This document shows, in pieces, positions 36,952-48,996 of a stretch of 64,000 nt of DNA; within the stretch, counting starts at the first letter, position 1, and every line of letters begins with the position of its first letter. Made by a program: the position numbers and the translations under genes. The notes beneath the pieces were generated by a model. The model was not told the origin of the DNA, searched no databases, and saw nothing but the letters and a program-made list of their open reading frames with translations. Source of the DNA: Trichodelitschia bisporula (lineage: Eukaryota); NCBI GenBank assembly GCA_010356995.1, contig ML996705.1:496001-560000 (forward strand), written 5' to 3'.

Positions 36952-38172
36952 TTGTTGTTGTTGTTGCTGTTGCTGTTGTTGGCCCTGCATGGTGGGCAAT
37001 CCATGCGGTGTGATGGGCGGCGTGCCGGCTACGGAGGAGTTGTTGAAAGGCGGAGAGATGGGCGTGTGGTTGCCAAAGGAGGTGTTGGTGTTGATATGCA
37101 TCTGCGGTGGGGGCATCTGCTGCGCAGAGTGGGAATAGAGATCGATGGAGGAGGGCTGTTGCTGCTGGGGATAATAGGCCTGCGGGTGGGGGGTTGCAGA
37201 ACCTGCGGGCGTTGGTCCATCAGCGATGCGGGAGATAGGAGAGCTCTTACCATTCATAGAATGATGAGGGTAGCCGCTGCCCATGACGGGGGGTATTAAC
37301 GCCTCATTCGGCGCATCGTGAAGGTATTTTGCCTTTTTGCGTACGCCGTCGTGACAGGCATCCTGCAGACCGCGCTTGATGCATCGCTGGCAGGGCCGCT
37401 CATCGCCTGCGAATGTCAATATGATCATCCTCGATATCAGAAAAGGGGCGAAGCCGGTCAAGGGATAAGCAAAAACACCACAACTTGGCCCGGACAAAAG
37501 AACCGGAAGCCGAAAAAAAACTGCCGAAAGAAACAATGACGACGTACCGCAAGTTAGATGTGCTCTCTGACACGCGTAACAGGCTCGTCGGGCCTTCTTT
37601 CTTCGTGGCCGCTGCGGATCCTTTGCATTCGCAGCCGTGCCGTTGCCCTTCGTTTGCTCAGGGGCTGAGGCGCTGCCATCCTTGACGTCGGCATGCTTTA
37701 CTTCTGCCATCATGGCGTCTTCGTCTGTGTAGTCTTGATAGTTGCTGGTGGTGCTGTTATTGCGTTGGTGTTGATGCTGATGGCCGTTGTGATCGTGGTG
37801 ATCGTTACTGTGGTTGAAGTCGTCGATATGGTTGCTGCGATGCTTGCCGTCGTGCTCGTGGAGTGTATGCTGCTGATGCTCAGATCGAAACCCGTTCCCA
37901 GTGCCACTCCCGTGGACGCCGATGATCTCTCCCGCAAGACTCCGCTTCCTTCCGTGTCCACTTCTCTTCTCCAGCCCGAGTTCCCTCCCGTTGTTCAAGT
38001 CAGGGTGGGTATCAGGGTGGTTGGTAGAAGGATCAGTCACAGAATGCCCGACAGACAATCGTCTCTGAGAAGTAGCCGTCGAAGACGAAGAAGAAGAAGA
38101 AGAAGCAGGTCTAGCCAAACCCTCCAGCGCCGCCTTCCCAGAAGCCTCAACCCGCGTTGCCGGCGGGCTCAT
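35421..38172 (-). CDS. acuK: Zn(II)2Cys6 transcription activator of gluconeogenesis AcuK/Ert1 with C-terminal PAS-like domain. Exons 38172-37548, 37406-35491, 35441-35421
   Basis: RPRRKKARRACYACQRAHLTCG|DERPCQRCIKRGLQDACHDGVRKKAKYLHDAP; FDIASLNFGNQYGALEF; YGYTAGFHRL; IRPS...DLVFME; GTPTLITRRDG...[37 protein letters not shown]. The true start could be a downstream Met near 37712. Confidence 0.93.
36898..36981 (-). repeat. CAA/CAG trinucleotide repeat encoding about 28 Gln in AcuK
   Basis: (ttg/ctg)n on the plus strand, in frame in the acuK exon. Confidence 0.95.
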
Positions 38173-41100
38173 AATAAGATGGATCTAGCCGCCTAGTGCC
38201 CTTGGCCCCTTCAGTCCGGCCCGTTGCGTGCTTGATGGGGGAGTCCCCGTTCGCGCCGGTACAGGATGTGCCTGGGAGCGGCGTGCTGCGCCCGGCTGTG
38301 CACTGGAGGTGTGTGTGCCCGGCAGCTGCAGTCAGCCACTAACTCGCAATGCGTAGAACCGATGCGGATCTGGGGGGTCCTGGGACGAAGCGCTGCCCTT
38401 GCTGATCACTGGCGAGCAGCAGGTGGTGCGCGTTACCGGCAACCCAGCTGCGGTGGGCGTCTGTGGGGGTGGACAATCGGTCCCCGGAGACCAAGGGGCC
38501 CGCTCCAACGCCAGCAGAAGGAAGCAGCAGCCGCAGTTGCAGAAATCGACGCCCTGCTTGCGAGACCCGCAGGAGACTCGATATGCGTGCGTGCGCGTGT
38601 GCGAGCTAGGAGCCTCGAAGGACGGCTGGACGGCTCGTCGCTATCGAGTCTGATCAGTAACTCGCAATCAATGCTCTGTCGTGGCTCCTGAGCTGATGAT
38701 CGGTTTGTGTGGTCTGGCCAGGCAGCAATTGGCCGTGGATTTCAGCAAGCAACCCCCGTCCGGGACAGTGGAAGATACCCTGGTGTGCTGGCCTCAAGTT
38801 CTTCGTCGCCCTGTTTTAGAAAACGCCCACACCGGCTGCCCACTAGCGAATGGTTGTACCACGTCCAGGTCAGACAAGACAAAATCCCGTGCCCTGCCTT
38901 AATTCCCTTCAGCACCTGCTCTTCGTTCACGCCTAGGGGAAAGCAATTGAGTGACAGACGTGATGTGGCGGCGGAAGCTGTTCGGTGTAGAGACAAGAAG
39001 TCGCCCTGCTACAGTGACGGTTCCTCTGTCAAATCTCCAGTTCCCCAAGGAATGACGAGAGATCAAGAGACAGGAGCTCCGTATATCAAAACCAAAACAG
39101 TTCCCAGCACAACGGGCCTGACGATGCAAGACAGGCGAGCGGGAACGGAGCAGTCCGGGGGCTGCGGCGGGAAGGAAGGTGGCGAGAGGTAGAAGAAATG
39201 GGGCTCGAGTATCAGCGTCCAGTCACGCTTCGATGTGACGATGCGGCGGCGAGGCTGGCGGGAGGTAGCGAGGTACGTACCGCAGTGAACCCGCAGACGG
39301 CGGCACGCGTGTGCTATGCGTATGCCGTAAGCTCCAATCACACCAGTTCGATCGTGACGGCTGTTGTGAAGAACAGCTGATGGGCGTCCCGGATGTGATG
39401 ACCGCTCGGCTCTTTCTCGTGGCCCGGCTCTGCTGTCTCAATTGCTCGTGACCAGCTCAACGTCCGGCAGCCGTGACGTACAGCGGCGCTTGCCCGGAAA
39501 TCGCCCTTGCTGCCTCGAGGCTGTCCTGGTTGGAATGGCGCCTTGCCTGTTGGTCACCGCAGGATATGCTTCCCACTCTTTCGTCGGCAAACGCACGGCA
39601 CTATCAGTTCCTGCAACTATCCGTGCAGATAGTTTATCCAAATCGCGGTCTTGAAACTCTCGAAAAGAAACGAGTCTTTGCGTGTCGTATCTCTGGTTTG
39701 CGATCGTCGAGTTCCCCCAACGTGTGGTGAGCACTGTTCCAAAAAGCCACCCAAAATCAATCAAGAGCAACGACTCGTCGTCTCGAACCCTCAGACGGAC
39801 CGCTGACGCAGCTTCCCCGCCAACCAGTTACTGGCAGTCACACAAAATGCTCCCAAGTCTCCCGACGCAACGGTTCGCACAGCCCACGAACAAGGTGGGC
39901 GGGCCTCGTGTTTCTCGTTCCTTCGGGGCGTAACCCAAGGGGGCCGACTTGTTAGGCAAAGTTTCGCTTCCTCGAGTATAGGCTCTGAATGCAATATTCA
40001 ATCACCGACTTCTGGGAATCACCCAGGCAGCTCCAGCCGTCCACGGCAAAGCTCGAACGGGCGTACAATTCCGGGCAGGCACGCCTTGCTCCTTCCTCTC
40101 CTTGCTCTAGGACACGCAATGCTTCACTGGCCAACAGGCAGAATGCCCGTGTGTCAATCACGCGCGACGCGAATCCCAGCCGTGAACTGGCGAGCACCGT
40201 ACCACGAGCCACACACTCTTTCTCTTTCACAGACCCCCTTCCAAGGCAGCGGTGCACCTCGAGACTCGTCGCTGGGAATGCTGCGCCAAATGCGGTGGGT
40301 GCGGTGGGTGCGGTGGGGCCAGACGGGCCTATTGTTAGCGACGCGGACCTGTGGTGCAAGCTGGGGGGAGGAGTATGGTGGTGCAGAGCGTGGGTGGTGG
40401 GATGGTTGGGTGAGGTTGAAGAGCGTGTGTAGTACAGGTTGCGATAGCTGCACGTGTTTAGGGTCGTAGCGTCCTGCTGTGGCGAAGGGTGAGAAGCAGT
40501 TTATGTGTGGTGTCTTTTTTTTTTGGTCTCTTTGCGACAGCTGGCTATTGTGAGGCTCAGCTTGTACAACCTGATGGGGGGCGAACGAAGGGGAAATCGA
40601 AGGAGCAATGTCCGGATTTCGAATGCGTTCGCTCTTAATATTAACGGGATGCTATTCTTCGCTCCAATTCCCCGGTGTCGTTAGCTCCCAGGCAGTCCCA
40701 GACTCAAGATCCAAAGGCCGGTATAACAGGCAGCACGACGGCGCGCAGGCTCAGCAGTGTCCAGGGCAGACACAGAGCAGAAGGAACAGCGGGGCTCGTA
40801 CAACACAGGCGTCGTCAACAAAGGCGTAATCGGTCTTCGAAGCTCCTTGCTCATGATGCGCTGGCCGCCGTGCGGTGCGCGGCCATGCTCGGTTTGCGAT
40901 TTCCGGGGCAGTTCCCTGTTCAGAGTATATGGAAGGAGAGAGTGTAATCGCGAGCTTCGGAGGGGTTGTTCCCTGGCGCGGAGCTTTGGTCGTCTTCAGC
41001 TAGTTCGATGTTGTTCGACAGGTCGCGTTGACGCTGGATCTACGCCCGGCACTATGCGCGCGGTGGCTGACTGTTGCGGTAGCTCAGCGCCGTAACGACG

Positions 41101-43660
41101 GGTATGTACAGGAGGGGAAGTGTGTCGGCGGGGCCGAGTGCGGGGATTGAAGTGGGATGGAATGGTGAGAATGATCGCTATGCGCTTGGTGATTGCGCGC
41201 TTGAGACGTGCAGAAAAACCCGGCGCAAGGGAAGCCAATGTCGTGAGCGATGCGCACAGTAGGTAATGATGCTGTGAGACGACCACTTAGCAAAGCCGTG
41301 GGGTGCAAGGAGTGGCAGATGGGTGTGGGTGAGGCTGCTGGAGGGAGCGCGTTGGGGATGGGATGTGGTTCTGCGGTTGCGCAAGGCGGCCTCTTTGCCT
41401 TTGCGAGGCAGCCGCAACCTCCACGCGATGACAGATAATAACGAGAAGGAAAACCGAAGGGAAGGGATATCCCGTGCAATTGCAGCTGGGGATAGTTGAA
41501 GGTGGGGGCGGAGGGGGAGAGGGAGAGGAGGGGCAACGCACGCTTTTTGCTATGGGCGCAAGTTGAGGATGTGCGGGAGTGGAGGTGGCGGTACTGGGGG
41601 TCTCTGGCGTTGGTGGAGAAAGCGAAGGTTCGGCGCAACGGCGGGGGGGATTCGTTGGTTCTGTGGTCCCTTTCACCTAGAGGGAGGTATCTGCCAGTAG
41701 TGTCTCTTTGCTCGATATATTGTAGATTGTACAAAGTACTTGAGAGATAGGCGAGGTCGTCTAGCTTTGTGCGCCTTTTTGCAGCATAACCGGGGTTTGA
41801 TGGAAGACTCGAAACTGTCAGAAGGGGGTGAGCCACCCGGCAGTTAAGGCGGCGGGCGGCTGAGGCTGGATGAGCTTTTGCGCTTCACAACGTCGTCTTG
41901 AAGGTACTTCGGTCTGCCGTACCTAGTTCGCGGCGGGCAAAGATCGATGACGAACAAAGCTCGTGGTTCCCCAAAGGAGAAAAAAGCTCGGCTATTCGCA
42001 CCCACCAAGAGGAGCGAGCAGCCGCCAACTGATCCGTCAGGCTAGATTGCTGACAGCTAACGAGACAGCTAAGGACGACGCGTGCGAAGCTAACAAGCTC
42101 TAAGTCGCAACCGTCGACCGCAAAGCTCAATTGAAGAGAAGTGGGGCACGCGAGAGGTGAATTGGTTCGTCTTCCTTCCCTCTCAGTCTCTTCATTCGTT
42201 TCGATCAATATCTCTTCGGCCCAGCCAACTGTCGCCAAAAGGCGAATTTGCACTCAGATACAAGGAAGGAGGAGTCACCCGCCAGCTCTCACTCGGCCTC
42301 GGTGCCCTCGGCGCCTTCCCGGCCCACCGGCCACCGGCCCTGCCACTTTTGCCGAGCTGCACCAGACAACTTCTGCCTGAACGGCGCCTTTAAACCCCAC
42401 CTTTTGCTGCCTGACCCTCCGCTGGCCCGTGTCGCGCCAAGCCCCATCCAATCCCCACTCCAACCTAGCCCCCATCCACCCCACCAAACCGCCGCGGCAA
42501 CCTCTCCTCCCCCCCTCATCCCCTCCATCATCATCAAATCCCCCCATCCTCAGCCTCCCCATCAACCCAACCTCACACGTACACAAAACACGAAACACGA
42601 AACACACAAGAACACAAAGCACACAAAGAAACACAACCCTCGCCTACCCCCGTCCTTGCACAACCACGCAGGTCCGCCTCCGTGGCCCACCCCCCCCGGC
42701 TCCATTCCCAACACACTCCCATCCCAGCAATGTATCCCTTCGTCCCATTCCCCAGCCTACGCGTCACCGGCACCGCTAGGTACAGTACTACGTAGGCACG
42801 GTAGGTACCCTCTCACGTACCCCGCCTTCTCACCGATTCCCCCCCCCACGGCCCTGGCTCGTCCGATCCCCGACCCAAGCCAGAGGCCCGGCACGCTCAC
42901 ATGGCGCGGGGAAAACGGGCCCTCTCCATTCATACAGACACAGTCGTCACAAGCTTCCCTTCAGATAGCGTCCCACCACACAGTACAGTACACAGCGCGG
43001 CTCAAGCTCCATCTCCCCCCATCGACGGCCCGCAACGTCCCGCGCACTATATCCCAAGAGCCGCAATATGCGGCCCCTTCACGTGCCGCGCGCTGCTCAA
43101 CCTCCGCCACCGTCGCTCGCTGCAGGCACGCACCTCCCGTACCATAAGCGACGGGCTCATCCCAGGCCGGGCGCGTATCATAGTACCTGTCCGATGCCGT
43201 GTCACGTGCGATCAGCCTTCCTCCGCCAATCGGTTGGTGAGCGGGCAATTTCCTAGAGCAGATGATGAACGCGGTGCAGTCGGGCCTTGGGCCAGGGCGG
43301 CCATCAAGGTTGGGTTGGAATGTTCTATGTGCCTTCTTCTGGTACGTTGGGGAGTATCTCTATGCTGCTGTGTGATATCAAGTTCCATCGGAGTATTCTC
43401 CTTCGACCCGGTCATGACACGATGACACGCGTCCCCCATGCATCATCCATTGAACCCGTTCAAAGCATAGCATGAGATCTATCCCAATTATCTCGACCAT
43501 GATGTGTCCAATATCCGCCAAAACCCCACTCCAATGCTTTAACCACAATGAAAACACATACCAGAAAACCACTCGTACAACCCTTCCATCTTCCCCAGCC
43601 ATCCATTCCCCCAATTCTATATTTATCCCCAAGATCTGATACTGCTGTGCTTCTACTCAT

Positions 43661-45845
43661 TCAACTCGTCGCAAACCGACTCCTCCCCCTCAACCTCTTT
43701 CCATACCGATAAAACACAAGCGGGAACCTGCATACTCCGTTAGCATTATCCCCATCCAGACGCCGACGCCACCCTGACGCAAGGTGCCGATGCCGGGTCG
43801 CGGCCCGAAAACAATGCGACCCAAAGCAAGACCCTCAAATCAACGTGACGCAGCACAAGAAAGGGGTATCTCACGGCGCCATAGCCAAGGCCAGAAACGC
43901 AAGCAGCGAAGACGCCCAGTGTATACCCAATTCTGTCCTGTTAGCTGGCACTTGAGAGGACGGGGTGTGAGTGACGTACTCTCATACATCTGCACGCCAA
44001 ACAGCGGAAACGCAGCCGCAAACATCGAGCGCGCGAAGCTATTCGCCGCCAGGGCGCTAGCACCGTACAGCGGGTAGCAGTCGACCAGGAAGGTGAAGAC
44101 GCCGGTGTAAGTCAAGATGACGCCCAGGCCGAAGAAGCCGGAGAACATGATGGGCACCATCCAGTGGACCGAAGAAAACGTCGTCCATGCGAAGCCAAAC
44201 ATGGCGAACGGAACAATCCACGCCCCCACAATCGTCGGCGGGAGACGAAACTCCGGCTCCGAACTCCCAGGAATACCAGTCTTTGCCTCATGTCTCTTGA
44301 CCAGCTTCTGGTAGTTCCTGCGCCAGAACGGATCCGTGGAAATGCCAATCAACATCCCGACCATGATACCCAGGAACGTAATCCCCGTTTGCTCAAGCGA
44401 GAAGCCATACACCTCCCTGAACACAAACACAAAGGCCCCGAAGAAGAGGTACAAGATACCGAGCAGGATGGCGGAGAGGATGCAGAGGTTCAGACACATC
44501 ACTTCCAACGTGAGCATCTGGAACGGCCGCATGCAGCTCCACGCCACCGCGCGTCCAATGGCCGCAGCCCGCCCGCCGGAGCCCTTGCGAATGTCACCCT
44601 TAGCCCACCAGCGCTGCTCGCCGGTTTCCTTCCGCAGGCGCGCGGCTTTGGCGCGCAGCAACGCGGGCGCATATGTTTCTGGAACGAGGAAGATGAGCAT
44701 CAGGAGTTCGAGGCCGGACCACGCGATGAGCGAGTAGAACGTCCAGCGCCAGGTCGTGCGGGTGTTGATGAAGCCGCCTACCAGCGGGCCGATTTCGGGA
44801 CTATGATCGGATGTCAGCGCCGCTTACTTGGGACCTCGAGACAGGGGCGACGAATGGGGAGTGTAGTTGCCGCTTTGGGATACCACGTGCGGAACGGGCC
44901 GACGGTTTGTGTCTCTTTTAGTTTTGGACTACGGGAAGGCTGACTTACCCGACGAATGGCGAGGCTGTATATATCATCATCGGCAGGCCGAGTTCGTGCT
45001 TTGCGAACAGATCCCCGACCGTGCCGCCCGCTACGGAGAGGAAGGCTGAGCCGGCGAGGCCATCAAAGAAGCGGGAGATCAGCATCGTTTGGATATTTTG
45101 CGCTACGGCGCACGGGATCAGCCAGATGGTGAAGAAGATGAACGAGTAGATGTAGATCCAGCGACGGCCAAAGAACTGTCTGTGATTAGTGGTTGAAAGG
45201 GCCGGGTGCCTCGGGACGTACCTCTGACAGTGGACTCAGGATCTTTCCTCAAGTCAGCAAGGTTGCAAAATAGTGTGGTTGACACGTACCATAGGTCCAA
45301 TTCCCAATCCCACCACGTAGATTGACAGGCCCAACGTGGCTACGATGCGAGAGCACCCGAATTCGACAGTGATTTGATTATATGTCGAGGTATACATGGA
45401 CGACACGCACGTCCTGCGGCGAATCAGCAGACCATTGGAGATTGCTCGAGGATACATACACGCATAGCGATGCTGTCGCCACGACCATCACGATGATCCA
45501 CTTCCGCAACTTGCTCAGTTGCCGCGGACTCTCGGGATCGCTGTCGCCATTCCAAGTCACCTCAAATGCCTTGTCTTCCAAGCTCTCGTCGCTCGGTCCC
45601 GATTCGACTTCTAGGTACAGTTCCTCTTCCTCGCGGTCCACTGCGTTTAGTCCAGGCTCGTCTTCCAAGTCTTCGTCCCGACTCCGCTTCGCCTTCTCTT
45701 TCTCTGGATCTCCTTCTCCCATCTCCTTCTCAGCATCGCGCTCACTTTCCGAACGACTTGAGGCACGCAGTGACTCGGCATTACGGGTCCCTGTCGTTAG
45801 GACGGACTCGCGACTGGGCCTCGAGCCCTTCAGCGACGGCGCCAT
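43661..45845 (-). CDS. MFS drug:H+ antiporter (DHA1 family), 7 exons including a 21-nt micro-exon at 45242-45222
   Basis: VTWNGDSDPESPRQLSKLRKW; GLSIYVVGLGIGPM|ILSPLSE|FFGRRWIY; SRFFDGLAGSAFLSVAGGTVGDLF; GPEIGPLVGGF; WRW; PETY; EPEFRL; YPLYGASALAANSFARS; ends FPLVFYRYGKRLRGRSRFATS*. Confidence 0.95.
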
Positions 45846-47468
45846 GCCTAAAGGTTGTATTGAAACAGGATGCTTTTGATTGGAACTGAAGGCTAACCAG
45901 CGCTATGTTCGTGATGAGGTGAGATGGGAAACGTAAAAGTCGCAACAGGGTCCTTGGGCAGATATACTTAAGGAAGACACTACCGCTTTATCGCGACTTC
46001 CGCCACCTCCGCCAGGTTCGGGTTTAGAACTAGCATTTCTAAGCGTTAAACCCATGCGCCCTCGGGCTAATTAGCATCGCAAACCGCACGCGCTGCCCCA
46101 CTTACCGTACTTATCCTTTGGTATGGCGTTCCCGCGCGGGGTATGGGGCAAACGCGGTAGGAGTGGAGCTAGATGGAGTTAGGGCGCAAGGCGCGGGTGG
46201 TCGGCATCGTGCATTTGGTAAAGCTTTGTGAGTTGATGAAACCCATGCTAGTCCGGCTGTACTGTAGTAAAGCCGTGCGGAAATATTTCCATGCGACCAT
46301 CTCTGACCGCATGTGACGTAAGGATTGGGTTGGATGCGCCTGGTTGCGGAGGGGACAAGGGGAGAACGATCGTCATGGCCAATTGGAGTCTGGCATGTAG
46401 ACGACTGATGGCGGACGCTGCCACATGGCGGCGGAGTACGTCAGGCGGTATCGCTTATTGATCTAACGCGATGAGGGATCAGTGAAGTACCTCGTACACA
46501 GAGTCGATTTTCGCATTGGTGTCGATAGAAGGCTATGAGTTCGGGGATCTTTATCCCGGTGAAGTTGCGGGCCAGATCCCGCCTGCGGAAAACGGTGCGA
46601 GAAGAGCACTCATTCGACGGCCGATAGTTCCGATTGTTGTTGGCGACTGGGAAAGCCAGCATATTCTAACAGGGTGATGTCGTTCAAAATCCCTCCCCAT
46701 CCCCAGATCTTTCCCGTTGTGGGTCGGCTTGAGCGTGGGGCAGTTTGAGCTCTGGCCCTGGACTGGACAATTCCGACGCTTACGATATGTAAGGCCCGCA
46801 GTCAACGGACTTTGGAGGTTACGGAGTAAAAGAATCTTAGTAAAGCGTTAGAAAGCGCGCTGCACAAGTCCATTCCACACTTGGGCCTGAAGGAATGCGA
46901 GATCGACGAACAGAGAATGACCATTGAAGGCAGGCACAAACGGTGTGGACGTCATTTGTCTTGGCCCGTAGCGTACCTTTTTGGAGATGACCTCACTGAT
47001 CTTCAATCCTCGTATATCCTTTTAGAAATGACGTCTCCAAGCTGTCGCACCAATGTACACTTGGGCCTAGAGCCTCATTAGCCCGATGGCTACTATGGTA
47101 CAAGATAAATCGGCTAATATTTACTACCGAATGAAGCATCTCTGCATTGCAGATCGATGCCTTATGTACACTACCTTGAAGCTTAACTTCGCCCAAGCTG
47201 CACCCCTCCACGAACAAGCTCCACAAGCCAAGGCAGAGCCCTCGAACCCGCTTCCCGTTATCGGCACGGCAGGGACGAACCAACACTCCTCACTGCATCC
47301 CCGGGTCGTTCCGGCGCCTGGAACACACCTTCCTGTGCCTGCATCCACTGGGCGCCTAATCAGACACGCCGCGGTGCCGTGCGATGGCGCGCACAAGGCG
47401 AGCGTGCGCCGTCCGGCGCGGCGCCGCTGCCGATGGATTTGCGCTTTGATAGCCGTAACAAGCATCCA

Positions 47469-48996
47469 TCATATCGGAAGCGCCATAATGCGATGGTCAC
47501 CCGGCAAGGCAGCAACAACCTCCGAACGCACGGGCAATACCGGCGCAGAAGTCGCCTTCTGGTCCCAAGTCGAGCACATGGTATCCTCGAGCCATTTCGT
47601 CGTACGCGCACACCACGGTTCCACGTTCAGCGTCCACCAGTGGCACGACAAACCCACGGCCACAACGTAGATAATAAACCCCGAGTACAGGCGCCATAAC
47701 GCCGGGTACTGGTAGATCGGGTACGCGGACATCAGGTTGCCCCCCCAGTCGTACTGCTCGACCCACTGCGGTGGGATGAAGGCGTACAGGTACCACATCA
47801 GCTGCGAGCGCATGAGCGGGCCGTGGAGGAGGTAGATTGGTAGGCTTTGCTTGCCAAGCCAGAGGCAGATGGGATGCGAGAAGAAGGCCTGCATGTCCGG
47901 TGACAGCAGAACGCCGAAAGTGATCATGTTGGCGCCGACGCAGTACCAGACGTTGGCGGTCTCTGTGCCCTCAGGGAAGAGGAGGAGGCCGAGATTGTTC
48001 ATCGACAGGGACCAGTGCATGAATTGCACGTTCTGACTCGGGAAGCTCATGATGAACAGGCCGACCGCCACCATTGAAATGGGGATCGCGCGGTTGAGCA
48101 GTTGCCGGCTGGCGGAGAAGCGGACAATGGAGGGAGTGAGCCACAGCTCCGTGAACATGGCCCCGCAGTAGATTGGAATGCCGACCAAAGCTGCCACCGT
48201 TAGCTCCCAGTCTCTGCCGCTCATTCAGCACTTACTATCGCCAAAAGACCACGAGTACATGAGGAGGATGAAAAATACTAGCATCCGATAATACGGCGCC
48301 GCCCGCACCGTCGCCAGCAACACAACGTACAGAGTGATGGAACCCTTGAAGATCCAGTACATGGTCCACTGGTTCTTATCGTAAGGATCGATAGTGGTCG
48401 TCCAGGTCGTATAGATGGCAGAGAACAAGCCGTGAATCGCCGCGCCCATCGTCTTAGCAGGCACCGGACTCGTATCAACGAGCCACCACGAATAGTCGAC
48501 ATGAGCCGCAAGTCTAAATCCGCCGAACTGGCAAATCAACCAGGCGAACACTGTAGCCACGAACGTCGGCAAAACGAGACGGCTCGCGCGCCGGAAGCAG
48601 CTGCTTGCCATGCCCGCCAGCGCATCGTTGACACGGCCCGACCGGGCCTGCTGTATCGGCTTCAGGCCATTGACGAAACCGGTGAGGACGAGGAAGACGG
48701 TGACCCAGGCGCGGCCCTCGGCGAACGTGCGAATGAAGGGCAAGTTGTACCACCTCGGAGTGAGGCCGGGGCCGGGTGCGGGAGAGAGAAGGAAGTCGCC
48801 GAAGGCGAGCGTGAGATGTGAAGTGACCTGGTTTGCGGGTTGGCACTGTACGAGGAGAAGATATGCGGATGACTGCTTACTACGAAGACTGAAGCCACGC
48901 CCCGGAGGCCCTGCAGTCGGGTTAGTGCTTGCACTACATGTGGTTCCGAGGGGGGGTCTGTCATACATCCACCCACTTTGTGTCGCGTGCCTTCAT
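47469..48996 (-). CDS. Membrane-bound acyltransferase family 3 (OafA/Acyl_transf_3-like O-acyltransferase). Exons 48996-48967, 48910-48881, 48827-48236, 48190-47469
   Basis: Splicing gives MKARDTKWVD|GLRGVASVFV|VTSH (the family DGLRG...VV.SH motif); GRAWVTVFLVLTGFV; RRASRLVLP; QWTMYWIFKGS; WLGKQSLPIYLLHGPL. Many transmembrane segments. Confidence 0.9.

Noticed and set aside
40455..40467. TTTAGGGTCG as a possible telomerase RNA template or telomeric seed (also CTAACCCT near 28634)
   Set aside because: Too short for a 1.5-repeat template, and I could not see supporting pseudoknot or Sm-site features. An Infernal search would be needed.
42248..43147. 299-aa plus-strand Pro/His-rich ORF
   Set aside because: Non-ATG start and low-complexity C/A-rich composition that avoids stops by chance; no domain seen.
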